NCBI GenBank assembly: GCA_963821875.1
Contig: CAWGFE010000001.1
Coordinates: 2,825 to 66,824, forward strand
Reading direction: 5' to 3'
DNA: 64,000 nucleotides
From: an uncultured Alphaproteobacteria bacterium
GTDB taxonomy: Bacteria > Pseudomonadota > Alphaproteobacteria > CAVTAV01
In this document: positions 20,717 to 31,567 of the stretch, piece by piece
Position numbering within the stretch: position 1 is the first letter of the stretch
Layout: the number at the start of each line of letters is the position of its first letter
The notes under the pieces: generated by a model
Told to the model about the DNA's origin: nothing
Database searches by the model: none
Seen by the model: the letters and a program-made list of their open reading frames with translations, nothing else
Translations under genes and position numbers: made by a program

Positions 20717-21529
20717 GTGGAGGAATCCGGCCAGGATATTATCGAAGTGCGGGGCCTCACGAAGCGATACGGGGATTTCACCGCCGTCGACGACATTACC
20801 TTTTCGGTGAAGCCGGGCGAACGCTTCGCCTTTCTCGGGCCGAACGGCGCGGGGAAATCCACCACCATCAAGATGCTGACCACGCTGCTCAACCCGACAT
20901 CGGGAACGATCAAACTGGCCGGGCACGAGCCCGCGCGGAACGCGAACGCCGTGCGCCAGTCGATCGGCATCGTGTTTCAGGACCCCTCCCTCGACGACGA
21001 TCTGACCGCCTGGGAGAATATGGAATTCCACGGTGTGCTCTACGGCGTGCCGCGGTCCTTGCGGCGCGAGCGGATCGATCAGCTGCTCGAATTCGTCGAC
21101 CTCTATTCCCGCAAGGATTCGCTGGTGAAGGAATTCTCGGGCGGCATGAAGCGGCGGCTCGAGATCGCGCGCGGGCTGCTGCATCATCCCAAGATCATGT
21201 TTCTCGACGAGCCGACGCTCGGTCTCGATCCCCAGACCCGCAATCACATGTGGCAGTATCTGGAGAACCTCAACAAGGAGGAGTCCGTTACGGTCTTCTT
21301 CACCACGCACTATATGGAGGAGGCCGACAAGGTCGCCGAGCGCATCGCCGTGATCGATCACGGCAAGATCATCGCCATCGGCTCCGGCGAGGATCTGAAG
21401 AAGCAAACGAATGCCGACTCGCTCGAAGCCGCCTTCCTGGCGCTTACGGGCAGCGATATTCGCGAGGAGGAAGCCAGCGCGGGCGACCGGTTCCGGATGA
21501 TGGGCCGCGCCATGAGATCACGGCGATAA
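20717..21529 (+). CDS. ABC transporter ATP-binding protein (ABC-2/DrrA-like)
   Basis: Walker A GPNGAGKST, signature FSGGMKRRLE and Walker B IMFLDEPT. GTG start after gggggga. Confidence 0.92.
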   Translation: MEESGQDIIEVRGLTKRYGDFTAVDDITFSVKPGERFAFLGPNGAGKSTTIKMLTTLLNPTSGTIKLAGHEPARNANAVRQSIGIVFQDPSLDDDLTAWENMEFHGVLYGVPRSLRRERIDQLLEFVDLYSRKDSLVKEFSGGMKRRLEIARGLLHHPKIMFLDEPTLGLDPQTRNHMWQYLENLNKEESVTVFFTTHYMEEADKVAERIAVIDHGKIIAIGSGEDLKKQTNADSLEAAFLALTGSDIREEEASAGDRFRMMGRAMRSRR

Positions 21530-21545
21530 AGCGGGCAGGGGGCAA

Positions 21546-22292
21546 ATGAAAACGATCTATATTATGTGGCTGCGGGAGATGAAGAAGTTCTTCCGCAACA
21601 AATCCCGCGTCGTCGGCGCGCTCGGCCAGCCGCTGCTGTTTCTGCTGGCGCTCGGCTATGGCCTCGGCTCGGTTTTCAAGGCGGCCGGTCAGGGCAATTA
21701 CATCCAGTTCCTGGCGCCCGGCATCATCGGCATGTCGATCATTTTCGGCTCCGTGTTCAACGGTATGTCCGTGATCTGGGACCGCCAGTTCGGTTTTCTC
21801 AAGGAAACGCTGGTGGCGCCCGTGCCACGCTTCAACATCATGTTCGGCCGCACGCTCGGCGGCGCGACGACGGCGGCGCTGCAAGGCGTCGTGGTGTTGG
21901 TCATCACGCTGTTCGCCGGGTTTCAGCCCCATAACTGGGCGCTGGTTCCGGCGGCGATTCTGGTGATGGTTCTGATCGGCATGCTGTTCGGGGCGATCGG
22001 CCTGATGTTCGGCTCCATGCTCGAGGATTTTCAGGGCTTTCAGCTGATCATGAACTTCCTGATCATGCCGCTGTTCTTCCTGTCCGGCGCGTTGTTCCCG
22101 CTGAAGGGCACGCCCACCGTCCTGCAATGGATCGCCCGCTTCGATCCGCTGGCCTATGGCATCGACGCCATGCGCATGCTCCTGAACAATGACAGCCATT
22201 TCGGGCTCGCCATCGATCTGGCGGTCCTGATCATCGTCGCCACCGTCTTCGTGGCGCTCAGCTCGCGCGCGTTTGCGAAGATTCAGATCTGA
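21546..22292 (+). CDS. ABC-2-type transporter permease
   Basis: 248 aa with 6 TM segments, sitting directly downstream of the ATPase gene. Confidence 0.88.
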   Translation: MKTIYIMWLREMKKFFRNKSRVVGALGQPLLFLLALGYGLGSVFKAAGQGNYIQFLAPGIIGMSIIFGSVFNGMSVIWDRQFGFLKETLVAPVPRFNIMFGRTLGGATTAALQGVVVLVITLFAGFQPHNWALVPAAILVMVLIGMLFGAIGLMFGSMLEDFQGFQLIMNFLIMPLFFLSGALFPLKGTPTVLQWIARFDPLAYGIDAMRMLLNNDSHFGLAIDLAVLIIVATVFVALSSRAFAKIQI

Positions 22293-22316
22293 CCGGTTAG
22301 CCGCGCCGAGGCGGCT

Positions 22317-23354
22317 CTATCCCAAATTCGTCTGAACGATGACAGCCGAAGCGTAGAGCGCGAGGATGATCGCACTCTCGAAGCCGATATTGCCGGGCCC
22401 CTTGCGCTCGCGTCGGAGAAGGCCGAGCAACAGGACGGCCGTCATCAGCATGGAGAGGATGATCCAGAAAGTGACGCGGCCGCCGATCGCGTTGTAGATC
22501 GATCCCTTGCGGTAGGCGATATCCGACAGGGCCAGAAACAGGACGTCGAAAGTATTGCCGCCGATAATGCCGCCGACGGCCAGCTGCAATGCCCCGCGCC
22601 GTATGGCCGCGATCGTGGTGACGAGCTCGGGAAGCGAGGTCACCGTCGCCGTCATCAGTGCGCCGATCACCAATTCCGAAATGCCCGCCTTTTCCGATAT
22701 CTGGAGGCCCGTCTGCGTGATCACCCAGCCGGCCACGCCGACCACGACGGCGAACGCGATGAGACGGGCCGCCAATATCGCGGTGCGCGGCTGATGGGCG
22801 CTCTCCTCGGACGGTACGTCGGTTCGGGTGTCGGCCGTCAACTGCGGGGTCCACATGGGCATCCGCCGGGTCGTCGAGGTCAGCCTGACGCCGGCGACAT
22901 AGATGACGACCAGCGCGAGCGTCGCGGGGTGCACGCCGCCGAAACTCACCGGCGGCATGACAGCGGCGAGCAGCGGGACGCACAGCAGGATCAGCAGCAT
23001 CGTCGCTTGGGTCATATTGGCCAGCGAGGCGGCGGCGTGCTCCAAATTGGCCCGCCGGTAGACGATATCGGCGATGCCGAGAAACGCGGTTTGCGCCGCG
23101 ATCCCGCCGATCGCATTGCTGACGGCCAGATCCGCATGGCCCTGGACGGCGGCGGATACCGACGCCACGGTTCCGGCCAGCGACGTGCTCGCGCCGAGCA
23201 TGACGCCGCCGACCATGGCCTCCCCGAGCCCGGTGCGGTCGGCCAGAACGTCGGCCAGGCCCGTCATCGCGATGCTGCCGGCAACCACGACCGACGCCGT
23301 GACCGCGAAGATGATGAGGTTCTGGGCCAGGGACAGATGGGCGAAATCGATCAT
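22317..23354 (-). CDS. Ca2+/cation antiporter (CaCA, sodium/calcium exchanger membrane region) family protein
   Basis: From the ATG at 23354: MIDFAHLSLAQNLIIF... It has two alpha-repeat-like segments (GASTSLAGTV..SNAIGG and ATVTSLPELV..GGIIGGNTFD). Confidence 0.8.
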   Translation of the reverse strand: MIDFAHLSLAQNLIIFAVTASVVVAGSIAMTGLADVLADRTGLGEAMVGGVMLGASTSLAGTVASVSAAVQGHADLAVSNAIGGIAAQTAFLGIADIVYRRANLEHAAASLANMTQATMLLILLCVPLLAAVMPPVSFGGVHPATLALVVIYVAGVRLTSTTRRMPMWTPQLTADTRTDVPSEESAHQPRTAILAARLIAFAVVVGVAGWVITQTGLQISEKAGISELVIGALMTATVTSLPELVTTIAAIRRGALQLAVGGIIGGNTFDVLFLALSDIAYRKGSIYNAIGGRVTFWIILSMLMTAVLLLGLLRRERKGPGNIGFESAIILALYASAVIVQTNLG

Positions 23355-23453
23355 CGTGGCGTGCTCGCTGTGTCGCGTATCAGGCACACAGTGCGCATTG
23401 GGACCGGAAGCCGCAAGCCATTCCGGTGCCTGGGCCTGGCGCTGTCCAAGACC

Positions 23454-23546
23454 GCACGGCTCGACTCTTTGTCCCATGGCGTCGACGCGATGCGCATACT
23501 ACCTAACAATTGGCTGCTATTCGGGGCGGCCATGGATCTTACGGGC
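23454..23546 (+). pseudogene. Decayed fragment homologous to the 3' end of the ABC-2 permease gene
   Basis: ARLDSLSHGVDAMRILPNNWLLFGAAMDLTGG aligns with ARFDPLAYGIDAMRMLLNNDSHFGLAIDLAVL (22144-22239). That is 16 of 32 identical residues, in the same orientation, with roughly 70% nucleotide identity by eye. Confidence 0.5.
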
Positions 23547-23593
23547 GGTCGGGAAGAATCACGGCCGGGCTATCGCATTGGTGTGTTGCCGAT

Positions 23594-24070
23594 ATGAACG
23601 AACGCCGCATTCATCAAATCTTCCAGATCGGCGTTCTGCTCAAAGGCGCGCATGCGGCCATCGAGGTCGTCGGAGGCGTGGTGCTGGCCGTGGTCAGCAC
23701 CAATACGATTGTAGCGGTGGTCAATGCGCTCACGCAGGAAGAGTTGATCGAAGATCCGACGGACTTCGTCGCGACGCATCTGCTCGCCTATGCGCAGCAT
23801 TTTTCGGTCAGCAAACAGCACTTCTACGCCTTCTATCTCCTCGGGCACGGCGTCGTGAAACTGCTGCTCGTGATCGGACTGCTGAACAGAAAATACTGGT
23901 CTTATCCGGCATCGCTGGTCGCGCTGGCGCTTTTCGTGATCTACCAGCTCTACAGGTTTTCACACACGCACAGTCTCGGGCTGATCGTGCTTTCCGCGTT
24001 CGATCTCGTCGTGATGGTCCTGATCTGGCACGAGTATCGGCTCATGCGGAAACATCGGCGCCTTCTCTGA
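23594..24070 (+). CDS. DUF2127-like membrane protein
   Basis: From the ATG at 23594: MNERRIHQIFQIGVLLKGAHAAIEVVGG..., with 4 TM segments. Confidence 0.75.
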   Translation: MNERRIHQIFQIGVLLKGAHAAIEVVGGVVLAVVSTNTIVAVVNALTQEELIEDPTDFVATHLLAYAQHFSVSKQHFYAFYLLGHGVVKLLLVIGLLNRKYWSYPASLVALALFVIYQLYRFSHTHSLGLIVLSAFDLVVMVLIWHEYRLMRKHRRLL

Positions 24071-24105
24071 CGCCTGACGCCTTAGGAACGATCGCGCAAG
24101 GAAGA

Positions 24106-26097
<1,992 letters not shown>

Positions 26098-26491
26098 ACC
26101 TGCCTTCTCCGGGCACTTTTGCCAGCCTGCCCGTTTCTAGAGGTGTGGCCCCCTCCGTCCGCGCCCGTCAGGCGTGGTCCCAGCCAGAATTCGAAGAGGA
26201 AGATTAGGCCATGGAATTCCCAGCGAGACCTGCGTATCGGCGCGGCGCCTCGAAGCCAGTGGGGACCATCTGTCTGATTTCGGTGGCCATTATACATACT
26301 GAGCCACTCATTTGGACCCCTAATCCCCGACCGGAGTGAGGCGCCATGACAGAGGGGCGACCATCACAGGTGATAACGTGGCGATTGCGGGCGAGCGGGG
26401 GAGTTGTCAGAATGGCGACCGCAGCATTCGTATATGACAGATAACGGCCGGCCGTCTTCGCCGTACCGGCCGACGGGAGTTCATCGGCGCT

Positions 26492-28075
26492 ATGACGTCC
26501 AATTTCGATATCGTAACCGTGGGGTCCGGGCATAACGGGCTCACCGCCGCGGCCTATCTCGCCGCCGCGGGCAAGTCCGTGCTGGTTCTCGAGCGCAATG
26601 CGTGGTTCGGCGGCGGGGTCGTCACCCGGGAATTGACGGTTCCGGGCTTCCTGCACGACCAGCACAGCATGGCGCATATCTTCATTCAGGGGAATCCGCT
26701 GCTGAAGGACGACGAACTCGGACTCAAATCGAAATACGGGCTGAAATACGTTTTCCCCGACATGCCGTTCGTTTCTGTCTTCGAGGATGGCGACACGCTG
26801 GGCATCTACCGCGATCCAGAGCGCACCCGCGCCGATATCGCGCGCCATTCCCAGAAGGACGCCGACGCCTTCATGCGGCTCTCGCAAACCGCGGCGAAAT
26901 GGGTACCGATGCTGGCCTCGACCTTCTACGCGCCGCCCGCCCCGATGGGGGCGAGCTTCGCCATGATGGACCAGAGCCTGGAAGGCCAGGAGATCATGGC
27001 CGCCATGTTCAAGAGCTGCTACGACGTGATCGTCGAGACCTTCGAGAACGAGCGCGTCCGGCTCCATTTCACCCGGCTGATCGGCGAAAATCTCACCGGC
27101 CCGGAAGAAAAAGGCTCCGGGCTCGGCGTTTATGTCTTCCTCGGCTTCACGGAGGCTTACGGCTTCGGCTGCCCGATCGGCGGCAGCGGCGCGCTGACCT
27201 CGGCGCTGATCAAGCTGATCGAGGATCACGGCGGCGAGGTCCGCGCCAACGCGGATGTCACCAAGGTGTTCGTGAAGAATGGCCGGGCCGCCGGCGTACG
27301 AACGGCTGATGGCGAGGAATTCATGGCCGGTCAGGGGATGATCGGCGCGATCCACCCGCATCTTCTGGGCCAGATGGTCGAGAGCATCGATGAAGGCGTG
27401 GCGAAGCGCGCCGCCAATACCCAGATCTCGGAGAATTGCTGCATCACGATCCATGCCGCCTTGAACGAGCCGCTCAAATTCAAGGCCGGTGACCACGTGA
27501 ATAACGGCTATATGATCGAGCTGTTGCCGCCCCGGCTGGACGACATCCGACATTTCTTCGATCAGCTTCGCTACGGCCGGCTCCCCGATCGCTCCATGAT
27601 CGGCATCGGCTCGCTCACGCAGTTCGACCCGAGCCGCGCGCCGGCAGGCAAGGCGACCATGCAGGTCTGGGACTATGTGCCCTATGAACACCCGGATGGC
27701 GGCCACGAGCACTGGGAAACGGCGAAGCACCGCCACGTCGAGAAGATGATCGAGCGGATGCAGCCCTATATCTCCAATCTGACGCCCGACAACATCATCG
27801 CCTATCACTCGGACAGCCCGGTCGATATGGAGCGCACCTCGCCGAGCTTCCGGCGCGGCGACATTCACGGGATTGCGCCCTATCTCCATCAGTCCGGCGC
27901 GCACCGCCCGACGCCGGAACTCGGCCAGGGCACCGTTCCCGGCGTGGACGGGCTCTATCTCGTCGGGCCGTTTCAGGCGCCCGGCGGCGGCGTGTTCGGT
28001 GCGGGTCGCGCGACCGCCATCAGGATGTTCGAGGACCTGCAACTCGATTTCGACAAGGTCGGCCAGAAAGCATGA
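26492..28075 (+). CDS. FAD-dependent oxidoreductase, phytoene-desaturase (CrtI)-like family
   Basis: FDIVTVGSGHNGLTAAAYLAAAGKSVLVLERNAWFGGG is a dinucleotide-binding motif. 527 aa. Confidence 0.88.
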   Translation: MTSNFDIVTVGSGHNGLTAAAYLAAAGKSVLVLERNAWFGGGVVTRELTVPGFLHDQHSMAHIFIQGNPLLKDDELGLKSKYGLKYVFPDMPFVSVFEDGDTLGIYRDPERTRADIARHSQKDADAFMRLSQTAAKWVPMLASTFYAPPAPMGASFAMMDQSLEGQEIMAAMFKSCYDVIVETFENERVRLHFTRLIGENLTGPEEKGSGLGVYVFLGFTEAYGFGCPIGGSGALTSALIKLIEDHGGEVRANADVTKVFVKNGRAAGVRTADGEEFMAGQGMIGAIHPHLLGQMVESIDEGVAKRAANTQISENCCITIHAALNEPLKFKAGDHVNNGYMIELLPPRLDDIRHFFDQLRYGRLPDRSMIGIGSLTQFDPSRAPAGKATMQVWDYVPYEHPDGGHEHWETAKHRHVEKMIERMQPYISNLTPDNIIAYHSDSPVDMERTSPSFRRGDIHGIAPYLHQSGAHRPTPELGQGTVPGVDGLYLVGPFQAPGGGVFGAGRATAIRMFEDLQLDFDKVGQKA

Positions 28076-28281
28076 AGATTTTCTCCAAGGACAAAAGCGA
28101 GCTGATGGATGTGAGCGCGCTGGAGCGCGACGGCAATGCCCTCGTCATCAAGGGCAAGGTATTCGGCACCATGCCCATGCAGGCCCGTCTCACCCCGGAA
28201 GAGGCGCGCAAGGGGCTGAAGCTCTTGAGCGTCAACTTGTTCTTCTTCCTGATCACGTTTCCCTTCCGCCGCTCGAAATAA
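28072..28281 (+). CDS. Small hypothetical protein with a hydrophobic C-terminal tail
   Basis: 69 aa, overlapping the upstream stop by ATGA. The tail is LLSVNLFFFLITFPF. I recognise no family. Confidence 0.5.
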   Translation: MKIFSKDKSELMDVSALERDGNALVIKGKVFGTMPMQARLTPEEARKGLKLLSVNLFFFLITFPFRRSK

Positions 28282-28306
28282 CAGAAGCACAAAAAGGATT
28301 TTCGGA

Positions 28307-29062
28307 ATGCTACCCGACTTGAAGGATATGAGAGTGTTCATCACGGGCGCGGGCCGCGGGCTCGGCCGCTCGGTGGCGGTCCATCTCGCGAAATGCGGCG
28401 CGGTTCTCGGCGTTATCGATGTCGACGGCTCGGCCGCCCAAGAGACGGTCGATGAGATCAGCAAGGCCGGCGGCACGGCCTATGCCTATTCCGGCGATGT
28501 ATCGGACAAGAGCGTGATGGAGATGGCGGCGGCGGAATTCGCCGATCAGGCGGGCCGGATCGACACGGTGATCAACAACGCGATGCTGCTGCGCTACGAG
28601 CCGATCGAGAATGTCGAGGACGATACGCTCGACAAGATGCTCGGTGTTGGCATAAAGGGCCCGATCTGGGGCGCCCAGGCGCTGCTGAAGCATATGGATC
28701 CCGAGCGCGGCGGCCATATCATCAACATGGCTTCGCCGGTGGCTTATCGCGGATTTCCCGGCACGGCGGTCTACAGCCTCGTCAAAGGCGCGACCGTGAC
28801 GCTGACCAAGACTCTGGCGGCGGAGTTGGGCCCGCGCAATATACGCGTGAACGCGGTTGCACCCGGCTCGGTGCCGACGCCCGGCGCTATCGGCCTCAAT
28901 ACCAAGGAAGAATATGAGCGGCGGTCGCGCACCATCCCGCTGCGCCGTCTGGGCCATGAGCAGGACAACGCCAACGCGATCGCCTTCCTGCTCAGCCCCG
29001 AGGCCGATTTCATCAATGGCGATATTCTGAATGTGGACGGCGGGATTGCCGCATCGGTGTGA
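28307..29062 (+). CDS. SDR-family oxidoreductase
   Basis: TGAGRGLGR, NNAM, and YSLVKGA (YxxxK). Confidence 0.9.
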   Translation: MLPDLKDMRVFITGAGRGLGRSVAVHLAKCGAVLGVIDVDGSAAQETVDEISKAGGTAYAYSGDVSDKSVMEMAAAEFADQAGRIDTVINNAMLLRYEPIENVEDDTLDKMLGVGIKGPIWGAQALLKHMDPERGGHIINMASPVAYRGFPGTAVYSLVKGATVTLTKTLAAELGPRNIRVNAVAPGSVPTPGAIGLNTKEEYERRSRTIPLRRLGHEQDNANAIAFLLSPEADFINGDILNVDGGIAASV

Positions 29063-29074
29063 CGCCCGACCGGA

Positions 29075-29377
29075 TTAGTCCGTCTTCACGTCGATTGCGT
29101 CCATGATCTTGACTTCGATCGGTTTGGCGAGCAGGTCGGGGATCGCGGCACGGTATTGTCTGTAATAGTCCATGCTGCGGTGGAACTCGACGTCCGACTG
29201 GGCGTCGTAGACCTCGTAGATATGGAATGAGATGCCGCCTTCGCTCCAGCGATGGAGGTTGTAGGTGCGGCAGCCGGGTTCGTTACGGGTCGGCCCGACC
29301 ATGCCTTTCAGGATGGTCTCGACCTCGTCCACCTTGTCGGGTTTGGGATAGAAGCTCGCCAGAACGACGATGGTCAT
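29075..29377 (-). CDS. ABM-domain (antibiotic biosynthesis monooxygenase-like) protein
   Basis: 100 aa: MTIVVLASFYPKPDKVDEVETILKGMVGPTRNEPGCRTYNLH... A strong RBS (taaggagg) is present. Confidence 0.8.
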   Translation of the reverse strand: MTIVVLASFYPKPDKVDEVETILKGMVGPTRNEPGCRTYNLHRWSEGGISFHIYEVYDAQSDVEFHRSMDYYRQYRAAIPDLLAKPIEVKIMDAIDVKTD

Positions 29378-29411
29378 CGCGGCTCTCCTCCTTATATCGT
29401 TTTGCCGGCCT

Positions 29412-30296
29412 TCAGCCGCGTGGCATCATCTTGCGAAGATTGTCGGTCATGGTCCGGCGGCGCTCCTCGAAATCGAGCCGCTTCTGATCCGCTTCCTGAT
29501 CCACCGGGAAGGCGTTCAGGATATCATCGAACAGCTCGCGGACCTCTTCCCTGAACTCGCCATGCGGCAGGATATAGGGCTCGTTGCGTCTGATGCTCTC
29601 GAGCACCACCTCGCCGACCTCCAAGGGGTCCATCGCGCCTTCCATGGTGTTGAACATGGCGTCCGGATCGCCTTCGCGGGCCAAGGGCTTTTTGTTCTCG
29701 GGCGTGGGATCCTCAAGGATGCGCGTGGCGGTGAGGCCGGGGCACAGGAGCGAGACGCCGATATTATGCGGCGCCATCGACAGCCGAAGAGACTCGGTCA
29801 GCCCGCGCACCGCGAATTTCGAGGTCGTATAGGCGCCGCCTTCCTGAGGCAGGGGCACGATGCCGGCCATGGACGAGGTGTTGACGATATGACCGCCCTC
29901 GCCATGCGCGATCATGCGTTCGGCAAAGACCTTCACGCCGTTCACCACACCGCCGAAATTGATCCCGATGACCCGGTCCCAGTCGTCGAAATCGCCGTCG
30001 TCGACCGAGCCGCCGCCGCTGACACCGGCATTGTTGCACAGGACGTGGACCTTGCCGAAGACGCGCTCGGCCTCGTCGGCCGCGTGCTTGACGTCGTCCC
30101 GGTTACTCACATCCACTTTGATGAAATGGACCGCGTTCGAGCCCTGGAGCTCCTCGCGGACCTCATCCAGATGGGCCTGGTTGACGTCGGCGATCACGAC
30201 TTTCATGCCGGCCTTGAGGAATGTCCTCGCCATGCCGTAGCCGATGCCGCTTGCGCCGCCCGTGACGAAGGCGACTTTTCCCTCGAGGTCTTTCAT
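29412..30296 (-). CDS. SDR-family oxidoreductase
   Basis: VTGGASGIGYG, NNAG, and YTTSKFAV (YxxxK). Confidence 0.9.
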   Translation of the reverse strand: MKDLEGKVAFVTGGASGIGYGMARTFLKAGMKVVIADVNQAHLDEVREELQGSNAVHFIKVDVSNRDDVKHAADEAERVFGKVHVLCNNAGVSGGGSVDDGDFDDWDRVIGINFGGVVNGVKVFAERMIAHGEGGHIVNTSSMAGIVPLPQEGGAYTTSKFAVRGLTESLRLSMAPHNIGVSLLCPGLTATRILEDPTPENKKPLAREGDPDAMFNTMEGAMDPLEVGEVVLESIRRNEPYILPHGEFREEVRELFDDILNAFPVDQEADQKRLDFEERRRTMTDNLRKMMPRG

Positions 30297-30322
30297 GCGC
30301 GTTCTTCCTTACGCTCGAACTC

Positions 30323-31504
30323 CTACGCGGCCTTGAAGCGGATCGGCAGCTTGGCCGGACCGTGGCCGATCGTGGTCATCCACCACTCCAGATCGCCCGC
30401 GGATTCGAAGCTCTCGATATTCCGGATGATCGCCCCGAGCAGGGCGACCGCTTCCATCTGCGCCAGATTCCGGCCGACGCAGGAGTGAATGCCGTAGCCC
30501 CAGCCGACATGGCCTTGCAGGTTGCGCTTGATATCGAACCGGTCCGGTTCGGGCCATTTCCGGGGATCGCGGTTGGCGGCCGAGAAAAGCAGCCCGCAAC
30601 GCGTGCCTTCGGGAATGACGAACCCGTCGATCTCGACATCCTTCTTGGTGATGCGCCCCGCCAGCCGCGAAGGCGAGTCCCATCGCAGGCTCTCATCGAA
30701 CGCCGCTTTGAGCAGAGACGGCTCCTGCCGCAGGAGCTGATACTGATCCGGGAACTCGCAGAAGGCCCGAATTGCGGTCGACATGGTCATGACCGTGGTG
30801 TCGGCTCCGGCGGAGAGCATCGTCATGGTCAGAAGCTTCGCTTCGTCCTGCGTGATCTCGCCGCGATCCGCCGCTTCGAACATCGCGTAGCCGAGACCTT
30901 CGGGATCGAGATTTTCCCGTTCGCAGGCCCAGCTGGCCCAGTCGATCACACCGTCGGAGCCTTCGACGGCTTCCTTGAACAGATCGTTCATGGGGCCCAT
31001 GGTCGCCCAGACCGCGTGACCGAAAGCCGTCATGTTATCGCGGCCTTCCTCGGGCAGGCCGAGCAGATCCGGCAGCACCTCGTGCACGAAGGGCGCACAG
31101 ATCTCGGCATGGGCGTCGATGACCTCGCCCTCGCGTTCCATCAGCTTCGCGACCTGCTCGTTGGCGGTCTTGTGAAACTGCTCTTCCATGCGCTTGAGAG
31201 TCTTCGGCATCAGCGCCTTGCCGATGATCATGCGCACCTTGGTGTGGCGCGGTGGATCATCCGTCAGCAAGATTTCGGGCCGGACGGAATTCGGGTCGTG
31301 CCAGGGCCGGGATGTGTTCGAAAACGACTGCCAGTCCTGCAATCCCTTGGAAACATGCTCCCAACGGCCGAGCACGGCGATGTTTTCGCGCGACAGCCAG
31401 ACGACCGGGGACATCTCGCGCAGACTGTCGTCCACCTCCCGCGAATTTATGACCGAATCGCGGTCGAAGACGTCGTCGCCGCAAACAGGGATCTCAACTG
31501 CCAT
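30323..31504 (-). CDS. Cytochrome P450
   Basis: I-helix SAGADTT, ExxR (ESLRW) and Cys-ligand loop WGYGIHSCVGRNLA. The ATG at 31504 follows aggagag. Confidence 0.92.
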   Translation of the reverse strand: MAVEIPVCGDDVFDRDSVINSREVDDSLREMSPVVWLSRENIAVLGRWEHVSKGLQDWQSFSNTSRPWHDPNSVRPEILLTDDPPRHTKVRMIIGKALMPKTLKRMEEQFHKTANEQVAKLMEREGEVIDAHAEICAPFVHEVLPDLLGLPEEGRDNMTAFGHAVWATMGPMNDLFKEAVEGSDGVIDWASWACERENLDPEGLGYAMFEAADRGEITQDEAKLLTMTMLSAGADTTVMTMSTAIRAFCEFPDQYQLLRQEPSLLKAAFDESLRWDSPSRLAGRITKKDVEIDGFVIPEGTRCGLLFSAANRDPRKWPEPDRFDIKRNLQGHVGWGYGIHSCVGRNLAQMEAVALLGAIIRNIESFESAGDLEWWMTTIGHGPAKLPIRFKAA

Positions 31505-31567
31505 GCACTCTCTCCTGTGCTCCGCCCTCAACGCTATCGCGAGCGGCGCGTGTTGCGCGCTTCCGCG

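Noticed and set aside
22299-22316. Hairpin agccgc-gccgag-gcggct between the convergent ABC-2 permease and CaCA genes
   Set aside because: The stem is only 6 bp and there is no U-tract on either strand, so this is insufficient to call a terminator.
26204-28042. 612-aa minus-strand ORF opposite the CrtI-like oxidoreductase gene
   Set aside because: The translation is Arg/Gly/Asp/His-rich low-complexity with no motifs. This is the typical antisense 'shadow' ORF of a high-G+C coding region. The plus-strand gene has clear FAD-binding motifs.
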